Positions 1 to 14,800 of a stretch of DNA of 64,000 bases are shown one piece after another. Source of the stretch: an uncultured Clostridia bacterium. Lineage in GTDB: Bacteria > Bacillota > Clostridia > Christensenellales > UBA1242. The notes beneath the pieces were generated by a model. That model searched no databases. It was given only the letters and a program-made list of their open reading frames with translations, and had not been told where the DNA came from. The first letter of the stretch is position 1. Every line of letters begins with the position of its first letter. Position numbers and translations under genes: made by a program. The DNA is taken from contig CALVNW010000003.1 of NCBI GenBank assembly GCA_944350015.1, forward strand, positions 38,907-102,906. The letters run 5' to 3'.

Positions 1-2
1 GT

Positions 3-110
3 CAAACTTCTCCCGGAGATAGCAAGGCTATAAAAATAGACGGACTTACTTGTTATGACTTGGTGGATAAATTAGAAAGTTTTGGCTTATATTTTGCACA
101 AATTAGGTGA
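3..110 (+). CDS. possible 3' end of a gene entering the window (36 codons, no start in window)
   Basis: Frame 3 is open from the window edge to TGA at 108-110 (..SPGDSKAIKIDGLTCYDLVDKLESFGLYFAQIR*). It is absent from the ORF track because it has no start. No family recognised. Confidence 0.25.
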   Translation, partial: QTSPGDSKAIKIDGLTCYDLVDKLESFGLYFAQIR

Positions 111-597
111 TTTTTGGCGTTTTTTATCAATTTTTTTCAATAAATTGCTAGTTTTTGTTTAAATTATTAAGAAAATTGATTTATTTTTCATTTTTGATAT
201 AAGGGTAAATTAAAAGAGGGAATAGCAAAAACTGTGTGTTTTGTGGTGAAAAGTTTGACATAATTTTTTGTTATTTTTATAATATTTGTGGGAGAAGGTA
301 TAGGCGTTAAAAGTGAAGTTTTTTATAGACGTCAAAAATTTTTAGAGTATAAGTGAGTAGTTTTTGGTACAATGGCACTATTAGTTAGTTATAAAATTGC
401 GAGAAAGCAATCGGGGTTTGACTAATATTTGTGGGTATGCCGAATAAATAGTGTCAAAATGTTTCTGTCATATGAATTTAAGTGAGAAATCTCATAGCTA
501 TGTCATCATTGATAGAATTATTTGTAACAAGTAAATTTTATTTAATATCAATAGTAAGGTTATGAAAATATAACTGAAAATAAACAAAGGAATTATT

Positions 598-1299
598 ATG
601 AAAAATCTAGTAAAAGAAATGTTTTTTAAATATGGATATGATTTGACGGAGAGGCAGGTAGAACAATTTTGTTTATACTATGATTTTTTGATGGAAGAAA
701 ATAAAAAATACAATCTTACCGCAATAACTGAGCCAAAAGACGTTGTTTTAAAGCACTTCATTGACAGCGTTATAGGTGAAAAATTTATCAGAAATGGTGC
801 GAGCATAATAGATGTTGGTACGGGCGCGGGCTTCCCTGGTGTACCGCTAAAGATTGTTAGGCAAGATATAAAACTTACCTTACTTGACAGCCTGCAAAAA
901 AGAATAAACTTTTTAAATGAATTGCTAAGGAAACTAGGCATAAATGATGTCATTACGGTGCACGAGAGAAGTGAGGATTATTGCCAAAAGCATAGGGAGA
1001 TGTTTGATGTGGCATTATCAAGGGCGGTTGCGCCAATGGTTACCCTTTCTGAGTATTTATTGCCATTTGTTAAGGTGGGTGGCAAGGTTTTGATGTATAA
1101 GGGAGCAAAACTTGAAGAGGAACTTTTAGAGAGTAGAAAAGCCATAGAAATTTTAGGCGGAAAAGTTAAGGCTTGTCATAGCTTCAGCCTCGAAGAAATA
1201 GACAGCGAAAGGTTTATACTTGAGATTGATAAAGTGAAAAGGACAGACAAAAAGTATCCGCGAGGGAAAAATCTTCCACGAGTAAAACCTTTAAAATAG
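598..1299 (+). CDS. rsmG: 16S rRNA (guanine527-N7)-methyltransferase RsmG (GidB)
   Basis: 233 aa with SAM-binding motif IIDVGTGAGFPGVPLKI. Length and overall pattern are typical of RsmG. Confidence 0.9.
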   Translation: MKNLVKEMFFKYGYDLTERQVEQFCLYYDFLMEENKKYNLTAITEPKDVVLKHFIDSVIGEKFIRNGASIIDVGTGAGFPGVPLKIVRQDIKLTLLDSLQKRINFLNELLRKLGINDVITVHERSEDYCQKHREMFDVALSRAVAPMVTLSEYLLPFVKVGGKVLMYKGAKLEEELLESRKAIEILGGKVKACHSFSLEEIDSERFILEIDKVKRTDKKYPRGKNLPRVKPLK

Positions 1300-1472
1300 A
1301 GAATACTTGTAAAATGCAACTTTTCTTTTTGTGATATGTTATGATATCTTTTTGGAAAACGCTAAAAAGCATCAAAGTATAAATGAAATATTTAGCGCCT
1401 CAAATCAGGAACACATCAAAAAAATTAAAAATATAGTTAATTTAAATTTATGTTTTATTTATGGAGAAAATT

Positions 1473-2564
1473 ATGAGCAATTATTATAGTAATTTAGATA
1501 ATTTAAGAAAAAAATATTTTAAAATTTTATCGCCAACTTTTCCTGAATGGCTTTTAGATTATATTGATACTGAAGAAATGAAGAGGTTGTCAGGAATTAG
1601 TATGGCTTGCGGAACAGACTATTCGAAAATATACAATTATCTTTCCTTTAACTCAGTACTAGAACATAGCGTTGGTGTTGCCTTAATTCTTTGGAATTTT
1701 ACTCATAGCAAAAAGCAAACACTTGCAGGGCTTTTTCACGACATAGCAACTCCAGCATTTAAACATTGTATTGATTTTATGAATGGTGATTCTGAAAATC
1801 AAGAATCAACAGAAGAGCGAACTGAACAAATAATTAGAAATTCGCAGAAAATTATGCAATTATTAAATTGCGATAACATTAAAGTTGAAGAAATTTGCGA
1901 TTATCATATTTATCCAATTGCTGACAACAATACCCCTAAATTAAGTGCCGATAGACTTGAATATACCCTCTCAAATGGGCTATTTTTATATGGTGCGTGG
2001 GGTTTTAAGGAAGTTTCAAGGTATTATAATGATATTATGGTGTTAAAAAATGAAGAAGGGATTGAAGAGTTAGGATTCAGCACAAAAGAAATATGTAGAG
2101 ATTTTTTATTTGCGACTTTGCCTATTTTTGCGAATTACGATAGCGACAAAAACAGAACGGTAATGCAATTTTTTGCTGATATTGTAAGTAGTATGATTGT
2201 TAAAAGGTTTATTAGCGTTGATGATTTATATAAAATGTCAGAAGAAGATGTTTGTAATTTGATTTTAAATTGTGATGACGAATATTTAAGACAAAACTTT
2301 ATAAAATTTCAAAATGTAACAAATATTTATGCTGGAGATAAACCTATAACCGATAAATATTGCATTAGTGTAAAAGGCAAAAAAAGATACATAGTTCCTC
2401 TTGTGCAAGAAAGTGGAAAAGTTGCAAGAATAGATGATATAGACGTTTCTTGCAAAGAAGCGGTAAGACAATATAAGAATTTAAAACGTTCAAAATATAC
2501 AGGGTTTGACTTCGAGTTCAAACCATACTCAGTTGAAAATACAATAAAAGATGAACTATCTTAA
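1473..2564 (+). CDS. HD-domain (metal-dependent phosphohydrolase-like) protein
   Basis: H..HD signature (LEHSVGVAL...GLFHDIATPAF). ATG at 1473 is preferred over 1461 because GGAG lies 6 nt upstream. Confidence 0.75.
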   Translation: MSNYYSNLDNLRKKYFKILSPTFPEWLLDYIDTEEMKRLSGISMACGTDYSKIYNYLSFNSVLEHSVGVALILWNFTHSKKQTLAGLFHDIATPAFKHCIDFMNGDSENQESTEERTEQIIRNSQKIMQLLNCDNIKVEEICDYHIYPIADNNTPKLSADRLEYTLSNGLFLYGAWGFKEVSRYYNDIMVLKNEEGIEELGFSTKEICRDFLFATLPIFANYDSDKNRTVMQFFADIVSSMIVKRFISVDDLYKMSEEDVCNLILNCDDEYLRQNFIKFQNVTNIYAGDKPITDKYCISVKGKKRYIVPLVQESGKVARIDDIDVSCKEAVRQYKNLKRSKYTGFDFEFKPYSVENTIKDELS

Positions 2565-2567
2565 ACG

Positions 2568-2597
2568 AAAAACTAAATCAAGTAGATTTAGTTTTTT
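2568..2597 (+). terminator. rho-independent terminator after the HD-domain gene
   Basis: aaaaactaaatc / gatttagttttt stem followed by a T run. Confidence 0.7.
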
Positions 2598-2825
2598 CCG
2601 TAATTTATCGAAATTGATAACATTTGTCGATTTTTTGTGGTTTTTTGCGTATTTTTGCTTAATTTTTGATAAATTATTGATTATTTGTTGTGTTTTGGCT
2701 TGAGCTTGGAGTTGAAGGTGACAGAAATTTGTCTGTAAAAATCGAAAATAATTTGGAGTTTTTGATTTTTCGACGAAAAAAACTGATTAAAATTGTACAA
2801 TTAATTTTTGCGACAGGCTCTTAAT

Positions 2826-2868
2826 TTCGTCAAAATATTTGCAACTTTTAGTATAAATATATTATAAT
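2826..2868 (+). promoter_or_regulatory. candidate sigma-A promoter of the giant surface-protein gene with an adjacent 0A-box-like heptamer
   Basis: TTGCAA (2839-2844), 18-nt spacer, TATAAT (2863-2868). TTCGTCA (2826-2832) is the complement of TGACGAA, one mismatch from the Spo0A box TGTCGAA. Confidence 0.35.
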
Positions 2869-2899
2869 AAATTAACAATAACTTTATATGAGGTGTGTT

Positions 2900-5800
2900 A
2901 TGTTAAGAAGATGTCTAAAGGGTTTTTCTTGTGTGGCGCTTTTGCTGTTAGCTTTAGGGCTAATTTTATTTGTTCCAAAAGTCGAAAGTGAGAATTTCTC
3001 TACTCAAGCATTGTCACTAGCAGAGGGTAAGGGCGATGATAGTTTGGCAAAATTGTCTAGTGAGGCGTGGCTAGATTCTGGCGCAATAACTCAGGTGACG
3101 AGTGATGATATTATGTTTATCAATGGTAATATCTCGCCAGAGGGCGATTACTATTATATTAAAACCGCGTTAGGGCTGGCATCAGTTGCCTACCACATCA
3201 ATAATGGCGATAAAGATTATCTATCAGCCATATTCCTTTTGGGTAACGATATTGACCTTCAAGGAGCGATTTGGACACCTATTGGAACAGCAGAACATCC
3301 ATTTAGCGGAGTGTTTGACGGTAATGGTCATAAAATATCAAATGTTGTTGTACAGCCTGTAGGGGTATCTTCAGGGAGCGGGCAAGGACTTTTCGGAAAT
3401 ATAAACAACGCAATTATCTCTGATTTGATTTTGGATGGTACATATTCTATTTCAGAGCCAACTGGTGGTACACTCGTTGGAGTTGCAACAAACAGTATGA
3501 TAGTCTCAGTGCGCGATAATGCTCTCGATGATGTTGGTGGAAATGCCTCAATGCAACAAATCTATACAATAGGGAGCAATTCTTCTAATGTTCAAGTGTT
3601 TTTATCTACCGCAACTTTAGTGAGAGAGTTAAAATCTATTGACCCAGAGACTTCAGAGGTTATATTTACTCTAAGCATTGCTGATTTAGGAGAACTTGGC
3701 AAGGTTGACAGTCAGGCAAACATAGATTTTGCTGGTTATGCTGTATATTATTTTACGGCTAACACATCTATATATAAATATGTCAATGATGAGCTTGTAA
3801 ATTATTTTATTGTTTTGGTTGATAAAACTTTTAATGATTTTAGTGGCTCTCTTGTATTGCCAAATTCTGTCTATAAAGCTAATACTTACCCTGAGGGGTA
3901 CGTTAGTTTGATGATGAAGAAAAATGCCATATATTTTACACATAAGCCTAAACTACGCGAACAACTATCTCCTACCGACACCGAAGTACCATATGTGGTA
4001 TCACGAGGGTATAAGGTGGCAATAGAAACGCCTTCAGTTAACGATTGCTATTGTTTAATAAGCCCATCTGAAGCTTATCAAACAACACTCAATCTTAATT
4101 ATGGTTATGGAAATAGAGTTGCTATAATTAGCGGTAGCTATTATGATTATTCTTTAGACGATATGTTTGGAGAAAATGCATACCTAACAGATAGACTTGG
4201 GTTTACTGTTAAATCTATTAGCACTCAGTCAAAGGGGAATATATCGCAAGAGCCAAGTTTCTATTACAACTATCCAAGTTACCCAAGCGATACAGTAAAT
4301 TTTGAATGGACACCACTTAATGATAGAGGTTTTGATTTTTATTTTCTTATTGATAGCGAAAGTCACGCAGACGGAAGTTTGACATATGCAGAACTAAGCT
4401 CGGCAATCGGTGGAGTTAGTGTAAATAAAGGAACGCTTGACACAAACCTTGTTGCTACAAACGGCAGATACACCGTTAAGGGGCTTACCTCTGACGATGA
4501 TAACTTGGCAAATGAGGTCACCTTAACCTTTACCCTTGATGCTGGCTATGAAATCTCGGTTGTAGAAGAAGGTGGCACTCAAGGTAGCCTTATTGTTGAT
4601 GAAGATGATGTGAACAACGGCTTTGACGGTAATAATAGCTATGCGTATAGCAAGACAAGCGGTGTTTATCTTAACTTTACAAACTTTACAGGCGAGGGAG
4701 AAAGTTACAACTCAGCTAATGCCAATAATGACAGCTATTGCCAAGTTAGTGCAAGCGGAAGCGTTAGAAATACGAGTGGAAGCGGAATTGTGAGCAGTCG
4801 CGAAGAGCGAACTTATAGCATCACACTATCTAACATTGTTGGGACAACTGGCAATGTCTACATTGTTGTCAAGAGGGCAGGGGAAGAGATAAATGTTGTA
4901 ACCTCTGTATATGCATTCGAGGATGCCGACCTTGATAGTTTTTCTTATACGATTGACGGAGCCGAGTATAGAGAAAACTCCTTCTATATCAGAGGTGGTT
5001 TAGGACAAACTGTAGAGCTTACCTTGAAAATTGACGATGATGTCAACTATTTTGTGCTTAGCGCAAATACAAGTAGCAGTGCACTTACCGTCTCACAGGT
5101 GCCAGTTGATGGTGGTAGACAAATGACGGTTAACGGGCGTACCTATTATTCCTATGTTACCTTTAGAATTACAGTAAACAGCACTGAAGAAGAAATGGCT
5201 TTAAATGTCGGCATTGGCGGACTTCGTTCTTACTTTAAATTTGTTGTTCAAGACGGGGAAGGAAATATTCTCTCTCCTAGCGCCGAGGACAATTCGACAA
5301 AAGGCATATCTGCAGTGGTCAACGATATTGAGGGGGTCGGCTTGAATAGCACTGGACTTACCGAAGTGAGAGAGCGTGAAGGGACTCTATCTGACTACGT
5401 AGGTGTTGTTGCCAACGGATATTATATCCCAACTCATATAACTATAAATCATACAGGTCAAGGCGATGTCGTAACAAACGCCGTTTTAACCTTTAATGAA
5501 ATGACGGGCAGGTATGAATGGACAACTACCGCACCAGGACAAAACATCTTTAACCAAATATATCAGGGTGGTCAAGATGTTGATTTTACGATAACTATTA
5601 CAGTGAAAGAGGCCGAGTTCACGCTTGGCTGGGAAAACTTTACCTTCAATATATCCAATGGGGAGTCGGTGACAAGCTATACAGGGGGCGACAATTTGGA
5701 ATTCCTTGACGATTTATTTTCGTTGAGTTTTTCGTCGACCGTCTTTGTCCCAGGACAGAGCGGAAGGGTGACTTTGACGCTCACAAGTCTAGGACTTGCC

Positions 5801-8800
5801 CTTCTCTATGGCGACACGAACAACTTTAATGCAAGCAGTATAGACGGCTTTGATGAAACGGTAAATGATGGCTATCTTGCAACCACTATTGACAGCGTCG
5901 ATGTGACAAACGTCGATACTGGTGTTTGGGCGTTTGACTTCACAAGCGGGACCTTTGAGTTTGACTTTAATTTTGACTTTACCTACAAAGAGATTACAAT
6001 AAACGCAAGCGGGCTTGTCCTTAACGGCTCCTATGCACCAATAGACGTGACAGAGGATTTGTTTATAGGAAATAGCGGAAGTTTTAGATATAGCTACACA
6101 ATCTCAGACGGACAAGGACAAGTTAGCCTTACAAATGCAAGCTTTGGTGGAATACAAATTCACACTCAATATTATAACCTCGGCTGGTACCTCAAAAATG
6201 GCGAGGTGGTGACGATTGCAAACGGCAATTATAATGACATAGTCACAAATGCCAATTTGATTTCGGCATATCAAGACTTTTCAAGGGCTAGCAACGCCTC
6301 AAACTTTGCTATCAATGTTCAAGCAATCGTTGCGCCAAGAACGGTTACATTAAACTATGCAGGCGGTGAGGAACAGAAGGGAGAGCTAGTAGAACTTGAT
6401 ACCTCAAGCGACACCATAACTTACTCGCAAGGGGTGACTTTAAAGCAGGCATACAAAAACAAGGGTTACACCTTTGCAAATTATAGTTATACAATCGGCA
6501 CAACCAATTTTTCTGCTAAAGCAGGAGCGAACTTTGTTATCACAGGGCTCAACTTTGCAAACCTCTTTGGCAGTGGAAGTTTACTTCAAACTTGGACAAG
6601 TTTTGTCGATGAGAGCGCTCTTACAACCTCATCTGCGACAAATTTAACCCTCGTTTCTAATTGGAGCGTTATCAAATACAACCTCGTTATTGATGGAGTA
6701 ACTACTCAGTCGGCGCTTGAAATTGGCGATGAAATACGTTTTATTGCAAATGAGCCAAGCCTTAAAAATGGGCAGGGTGTATACCATATTTTTAGAGAGG
6801 GAATAGAGGTTGCTTCCTACAACGGCGGAGTGCTTGGCGGATATATTGCGGGCGGATTTGAACTTAGTCTTGAGGGAAAACTTTCAGCAACTATTGACGG
6901 CGATTACGCTTCAATCTTGTTTGACGGAGACAACTTTGATACCCTCATTGGCGCAAACTATGACACACTTCGCAGTATCACTGTGTCAACGATTAGAATT
7001 GCCTCAAGCTATAAGGTCTACATAGAAAATTCTCAGTATTTTGAGGTTACTATAAGTGGCAGTGGAGATAGCTTCGGGCAGGACGAGAACGGCGTTTACG
7101 TTGTTGTAGCCTATAACGCCTTGCCAAGCGTGCTTGACAAAAATAGTGAGGACTTCCTTTTTAACACCTCGTCTATAACAGGCAGAAACATCACAATTAC
7201 ACGTGTAGGCTATACTTTTGAAGGTGATTTTTATAATTTTGACCCAACTGAAATTTTTGACAGCCTCTCAGATATTACGATTAGTCCTATCTTTACAAAA
7301 TCAAACGTTTCAGCAGGCGGGGCAACTATCAAGTTTAGCGACGATTCGACGGGCGCAAACTTCTTCCTTTTAAATAGTCACAATATCACGATAGGTTCGC
7401 TTATAGATTTTGGCGACCTCGAAGATGATAGCGATGACATTACAATCTCGCTTACCGAAGATGAAATTATTCTTTCAAATGGTGACAAGGTGAGTGGATA
7501 CGGTTTTGCGCTTGTAAAAGATGGAGAAACATCCTACTATGAAGGCAACACCTTTAATATTAACAATATCTATGAAGATGGGTTATATTCAATTTACTTC
7601 TATATAGACCTTGTCGACACTTTACATAATTCTAGCGAAAATTATAGTTATAGACTTGGCTCGCAAAGTCTCTCTTTCACAATGAACAAAAACGCTTTTG
7701 GCTTTGACAGTAATTTGGTGTCGGCATATAATGGTACAAGCGAGTTTGTTCCAACCCTTTCAAGTGAAGGTTATAGCAATGTGAATGACTATGGCAGTGT
7801 TTACCTTGTTTATGGTTTTGCTGGCGTGGCAAGCGAAGAGAAGAGAGTAGTCTTTGATACCGAGGACTTCTTTAGAGGTTTTGTACTGACAGGTGGCGAC
7901 TATAATGTTGGCGAAAATAAAGATATAGCCCTTACAATTGACAGTGGCTATTTCACGCAAGTTACAAATATTGGCGGAGTTACGGTAAATTCTACTACCA
8001 ACTTTGCAAACCTTATCAGTGGAGTTGTGGCAAATGGAAGTGATTATGTTTATACCTATGAAGATGGTGCGACTATAGTAAAGGCTAGGTTTACAATCAG
8101 TTTTGGAAACACCTCATCTTATTACTTTGACGGCGTAAAATTGATTGTCTACACTCACGACGGCAATAACAGAACCTTCCAAATAGGTAGAGAGTATTTT
8201 AGTTACAACCTCTCGCGAATTGTCTATACTGGTGGTGCGGTGGATAGTGATACTGTCTTTACTGGCGCTAACAGAAGCGTCTTTGCTGTTGAAGGGTTGA
8301 TGATTGATGGTGAGGACTATCAAAACAATCAAGATAGGTGTTTTGAGTATGTTCTTGACGGTCAATTCAAACTACTAAATTCCGACAATGCGCTTAAAAA
8401 TTACTACTCAACAAGATATTTAACTGCGACAAACGGCGTGCTTAATGATACCCTTCTTCAAGACTACGAAGGGCTTGTGGATGGGCTATACTTAACAGAT
8501 GTTTATGTGGGTGGCATCGAGGTTGAGGTTGAGGGCAGTCAATTTACCTATAATGTTGACGATAATGTCATCTTTAGTGTTGTAAATAACGGCACTGGAA
8601 ACCTTCAAATCTTTGTAAGTAGGTCTGCACTTGCCACTCATACGCTTAGCTACAGCGTTGCAGTTTCGCTAACAAATGAAAGACTTAGCCATTTGACACT
8701 TCTCACTTTTGGAACTTCTCCAAACGGCAGAGATTATGACGAGATGTTAAACTCAGCCTTCTCCGACCCAGGCGGAAATGCCGACCCTTATCAAGTGTTT

Positions 8801-11800
8801 ACAATGTCGGCGGAATCTCAAAATAGCACCTTGTATGCAATTTTGACCGATGTTCGTAAGCTTTCCTTTAATTATAATGGCGGACACAACGAAGAAGGGC
8901 AGACAAGTGACATCATTTACCTATCTTACTCTAGTGCAGGCGGAGAATACATTTTAGGTAATCCAAGCAATAACTATAGCGGGCTTACTTTTAATGGGTA
9001 CTTCTATTCTGCAAATGGGCTTACCGCTGAGCAGAACGGTGCATATGCATACAAATTTGTTTCTCTTGATGGCGGTTCTCCAGTAGAACTTATAGCCCTA
9101 TGGAAACTGACTGGAGTAGATTATACCCCTGTAAGTGGTAGCGTCAATTTGAAAGCAAGCCTTAGCTCACAAGTTATCTATGTCACAAATTTTGTATCGC
9201 CTAAGGTGATTGAAGGGGGAAGTTATAGCTTTACATTAACTAAAAAGGATGACCCTAGTGTAACTTTTAGCTCAAGCGATGTCTTTACTTTTGCAGATTC
9301 GACAGGAAGAGTTCCTATTTCGCTTGGCGGAGAGTATACCCTTACTATTACTTTAACTTTTACCAATATCTATCAGACAAATCAAACAATCAGTCAAGGA
9401 ATTGACGTTGTTATAAATATAGATAAAAGTACAGTAGGCATAATAGGTACAAATGTTTTAACCTTTAATAATGCCGACCGCAAGAATGATATAACACTCC
9501 AAATGAGAGTGAATGGGGGAGCTTCGCCTCAAATGACGCTTACAAGCCTCACCCAAAATGGACTTACAAATTATGGTGTTGATGTGGCGACATCTCCAGA
9601 GGGTGAAATTAGAAATGCAGGGCAGTATGAAGTTGTGCTTTCAATTAACAGTGCATACTCTGACTTCTTTGAGCTTGAAAGTGGCTATGAGAAAATGCAA
9701 GTTACTATTAATAAATATGACTTGACCCTTGCTGACTATGCAAATCAAATAGAAGTCTATAAATTCTTTGGGCAAAGTGACCCAAATCCTATAAGAGATA
9801 CAATAACTGTGTCTCTTGTAAATACAGACAGCGTAGAGCTTAACTTTACAAGGCAGGCTGGAGAGTCGCTTGGTAACCATCCTCTTCTTACCGCCACCTT
9901 GACAGACCCAACAGATATAAACAACTACAATCCCATTACCGATGGCTTCGTTGCGTATTTTGTAATTCGCGTGCCAGACGGCGGATTGTTTGTAAGGCTT
10001 GATGGCAACATAACCTACACCTATAACGGCGAGGCGTTAACATCTCTTAGCACAAGGTATAATAGCAATACTCAAAAGTTTGAGGTATACGGTTTTGAAG
10101 GAAACGAGCAGGTTAGCCAATCGTTTAGCCTTTACTACCTAAGCGAGGGAGAAGAAATAGAGGTTCCTATTTCAGAGAGAGAAACCTATGCAAGATATAT
10201 CACCTTTAACTCATCTTCTGCTGGCAAAAACGTAGGGACCTATGAGTTTAGTGTGAGCTTGTCAAGCGAAGGTCAAGAAGCTGACTGGAGCGAAGCAAAT
10301 ATTGACACAGATTCAATAGCGCAAGACTATAATACTATTACAGTCACTAAGAGAACGATTACCTTAAATGCCATTAGCAAGGCCTTTGACCAATCAAGCG
10401 CCTTCACCTTTAGTATGGGCGGAGAATATAACGGAGTTAGCGCTGATATATCAAACTATATAGAAGTCGACAATATTATTATAAACGGCGTGGCAGAAAG
10501 CGAACTTGCAGGGCAAAGGGAGATTAAAGAGATTGCCCTAGATAGTCTAAGTGAGGCAAACTACACCTTAGAGCTTGCAAGCGGACTTCAACTTTTGATT
10601 ACACCTTCTATCGATGCTATTGAGGTAACATCTAATGTTAGCTCTCTAGCATATGGTACACTTTCACAAGATGACGTTCTATCAAAAATTCTTGAACAGC
10701 TACCTCTTATCTTCAATGAGGGTGAAATAAGCTCTAGTTACATAAATGTAACAGCTTATCAGTTTGTTTCTCCATCTTTCTCAACAGGCGGATACCTTGA
10801 GGCAGGTTCAAATTCAGTTTCAATTACCTTGACTTCAAGCAATTATACGTTTGGCGGGGAAGCTGGCGAAGTAGGAGAGGTATATCAAACTAATATAACC
10901 ATTTCCTTTGAGGTTACAAGGCTTGAGTTTGCAATAAGCAATTCAGACGTACAAATAATAAAGGAATATGATGGGGACAATCTGATTGGTGAGGATAATC
11001 TCAATCAAGTTGTTAACGGACAGTCGAGTCCATATTATTCAGCAGAACTTTTAAGCGGAGATATTATTCGCATCATAGGCGGGCAGTATAACGATAGTGA
11101 AGTCGGCAACAATAAGAAAATCACATTACTTGAATTTGATAGCACTTCTGATGACTCGAACAACTATATTATAACCTATCCAGTCTTGGTAGGTGCTATA
11201 ACAAACCATATTATTACCTTTAATGTTGACGCAACTACCGAGCATATAGACCTTGTCACTGATGGCGCTTTTGTCAAAGACGGTCTTAGTCCTATCGTAC
11301 AAGAGACTTTCTTTACCTTTGAATATCCTAACTTGCTGACAGGGCTTGAGCTATTGTCACAGATGGAGCTTCCTACAAGAGTTGGCTACACCGCAACAGG
11401 CTGGGCATACAAACAAGGAAATAATTACTTGCCAATAACTGTTGACAATATCCAAACGCTTATCAGAGATGTTGCCTTAGACGAGACTAACCCTGACGAG
11501 ACCATAACTATTTATGTTATTTGGCATATAGATAACTACAAAATCACAGTTGCTGGGGATGGTGTTGAAAGTTTTGAGGTAAGCGGTCAGTATTATGACG
11601 AGGAAACTCAAAGCGCAAGATACTTTAGCGATATTTCTATAGACGTTGTTGTAGATAAAGGTTATAAGATAGCAAGATATGAAGTAAACGGCAGTTATTC
11701 GAGGGCTGTTCTTGATGACGTCGATGGAAATAGTGGTACAGCTGAGGTGTTTGGTGTTGGCTCTGACCTTGAAATCACAGTTTATGCAAGCGAAATTGAG

Positions 11801-14800
11801 ATTACATTCAATATTGACACTAACATACCAGATTATACCTCACGCACCGATACAAATAGGACTTACTTAACCTATAAATACCCAGAACTAGTAAATATGT
11901 TTGCAAGAGACCTTCCAGCCTTCAGCGTAACTGCAGGCACATATACACTTGCAGGCTTTAGCTATAGCGGTGGAGATATCGGCGCGCTTTCACTTAAAGA
12001 GGTGGTAGACAACCTCTATCCAAATCTTGACGAAGATGTCAATGTTGACCTTACGGCAAACTGGGCAGGTGTACAATATGTTGTCACCTTCAACCCAGCA
12101 GGAGGCACGCTCACGGGAGAGAGCAGTCAAAAGGTGACTTATGGAAGCGCCTTTACAAGTCCTCTTCCTACTGCAACCTTGCCAGGACGCAGTGGTGTTT
12201 GGACTGATGCAAACGGCGTGACCTATGCAGATGGAAGTGTTTTCCACACAATCGGAACTTTGATTGAAGGGGTATGGAATGCAAGCTTAATTGCCGAATA
12301 CCAAAACAATACCTACATCCTAACCGTGCAGTTTGACAATAGACTTCAAGTTTTCTACAACGGAAGTCGAATTGCAAGTGGGGAGACGTTTGACGTCACC
12401 TATGATACTACTAATATCACTTTCACCATAACACCATTGCAAGGCTATGGCTATGACATTGACACCGATAGCCTTAATGGAAGCGTAACAGAAGGGACAA
12501 ACTCTGTCTCTGTTTACAATCTCACTGAGGACGGCGTTCTCAATATTGTTACAGTGCGTGGCACAAACAGAATGACTATTGCTGGCTATAATATCGACGG
12601 TTACAGCGTGATTATTGACGATGTTGAACAGCCAACAAATTCAGTGTATAACGTGCTTACTGAAAGCATCGTTAAGATTACTTTCACGGCAAGCTTTGGC
12701 TATGAGTTTGAAGAAAGTTGTCTAAGCCATACAACTACAGATTCAACTATCGACATTGAAATATCACAAGACAAAAAGACGATGACTGTCACTTGGAGTA
12801 ACTTTACTTCTGACATAACCTTTACGGTGGAGGCAAATCCAACGCTCAACACAGTGACCTATAATGATGTAAGTTCAATTTTCACAAGCCTTCAATTTAA
12901 TGGCGAAAGCGTCGCTCTTGTTGGGGGAGAGTATGGAGTTTATACCGAAGAAGGTTTGGAAATTGTTGCCACTTTAAGATATGGCTACTTTGACGGTAAG
13001 GTGACGGCAAGCATTGCCTCTTTCTTGACAGGTCAAGAATGTAACTATTTAAGGGCTGACGGACTTTATCATCTTGAGGCAAGCTTAGAGGACATAAATG
13101 AAAGTTTTAGCCTGACTTTTACCGCCACCGAGCGAAGTTATAACTTTGTAATAGCGGTTGAGAGCGGTAGCGAGGAGATTGGACAGATTACCGTATCTCA
13201 AAGTCAAACAGTTCAATTTGGACAGAACGTTCAGCTTGGCGTAACTTTACTTAGAGAAGATTATGTGTTCGCAGGTTGGAAGTTTAATGGCGAAATCATC
13301 TCAAGGACTGAAAATTCAAGTATTGAGCTTACCTCTTCGCTTAGACAGATGCTTGAAAGCGTAACGCCAGGACAGAGCATAACCATCTATGCAACCTTCA
13401 TCGACAGGGTGACAAGTATATCCTTCACTGCTGGTAATCACGGGCAGATAATCTTCTATCAAGAGGACAGCGCTCCAACAACTGTCAATGGTGGGCGAAC
13501 TGAAATTGGAAAGGTTAGATATGGTTATGACCTTATCATAGACATTTTGCCAGACGAGGGCTATAGACTTGACAAAATTCTAGTAGACGGAGAGGTTACA
13601 ACCGAGGGCTATGACCAAGAAACTTCAAAATTTACCATTTATTTGGATGCGGTGGAAGGAATATCAACTGTAGAGATTACCTTCACGGCAAAAGAAATCA
13701 CTGTAAACGTGCAAGCAGTTGTTCAACGCAATTATGAGCTTATATATGGCGACCCAACGGGCGGACTAATCTATCTTGTAGACTCCGAAGGTGTAAGGCT
13801 TGGCGATGAATATTACATCTGCTCAAGCGATAAGTTATACTTTGATTACACTGTAGATTCGGTGACTAACGGCACACTCTACTTCGCTTTGGAAACAAGG
13901 AGCGGTTATAATGCAATCTTAAATTCTACGACAGAGGGCGTTGTTGTAAGCGAGTACACGGCAAACGGCACTAGAATTTGGGCGGTAAGTGGATTATGCC
14001 AAGGAGCAAATATTCAAGCTATATTTATTGCCGTTGAAAATAATATCGAGGTTAGATTTGTAACCGCTGACACTACAACAGCGCTCAGTGCAGGACAAAT
14101 CAGAGTTGATACCTCATCAATAGATGTTAGAGCAAGTCAAAACAACACTCACAACACCTTTATCAGCGTGGTTACAGGGGCAACAATCAGTATGGATATC
14201 TACTCTATGTTCACCTATGACCTTCTTGCCGACGAACAAGGGAACTTAAACTACTATGTTGTCTATAGTAACGGAGCTTTTGATGAGGGTGCAGTTGTGG
14301 CAGGGCTTGTTGAAGAGAGTGATATCTACTCAAACGGCTTTACAAAACGTGCAACTCTTGAAATTACAAATGCGAATGCAAGTGCGACCATCTACATACT
14401 TGTCGAACCTAGAGTGTACAGCCTAAACTTCTATGTAACAGAGAATATATCAGTCAAGATTGAAAATGCGTTAATTTATGGTCAGGCACTTCCTATGACA
14501 AGCCTTACAGAAGAACAGCGCGCTCTTGTGTTCTCAACGAGAAGTGGCTATACCCTTGGCGGTTACTATACGATGCAACTTGCAAAAGGCACTCATTATC
14601 TAGACGGCAATGGTAACTTGCTCAAAAATTGGAGTGAGACTGGCTATAGATGGACAGGTTATGGCTATGTGCCAACCGACAACTTCGATGAGGCTACTCA
14701 AACCTTTACTATATATGCCGCTTGGATATATGATAGAGCGTCTATTGATTTGAATTTCTTGCCTATCGGGTTTAGCGGTAACTTTGTGAACTTAAATATT

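Noticed and set aside
3686-13082. Short antisense or out-of-frame ORFs inside the giant gene (3686..3943, 6810..7025, 7760..7960, 8114..8365, 9641..9880, 11990..12377, 12897..13082), and similar ones inside other long genes
   Set aside because: They are fully embedded in a much longer, clearly coding frame. They have odd composition, no RBS and no recognisable motifs.
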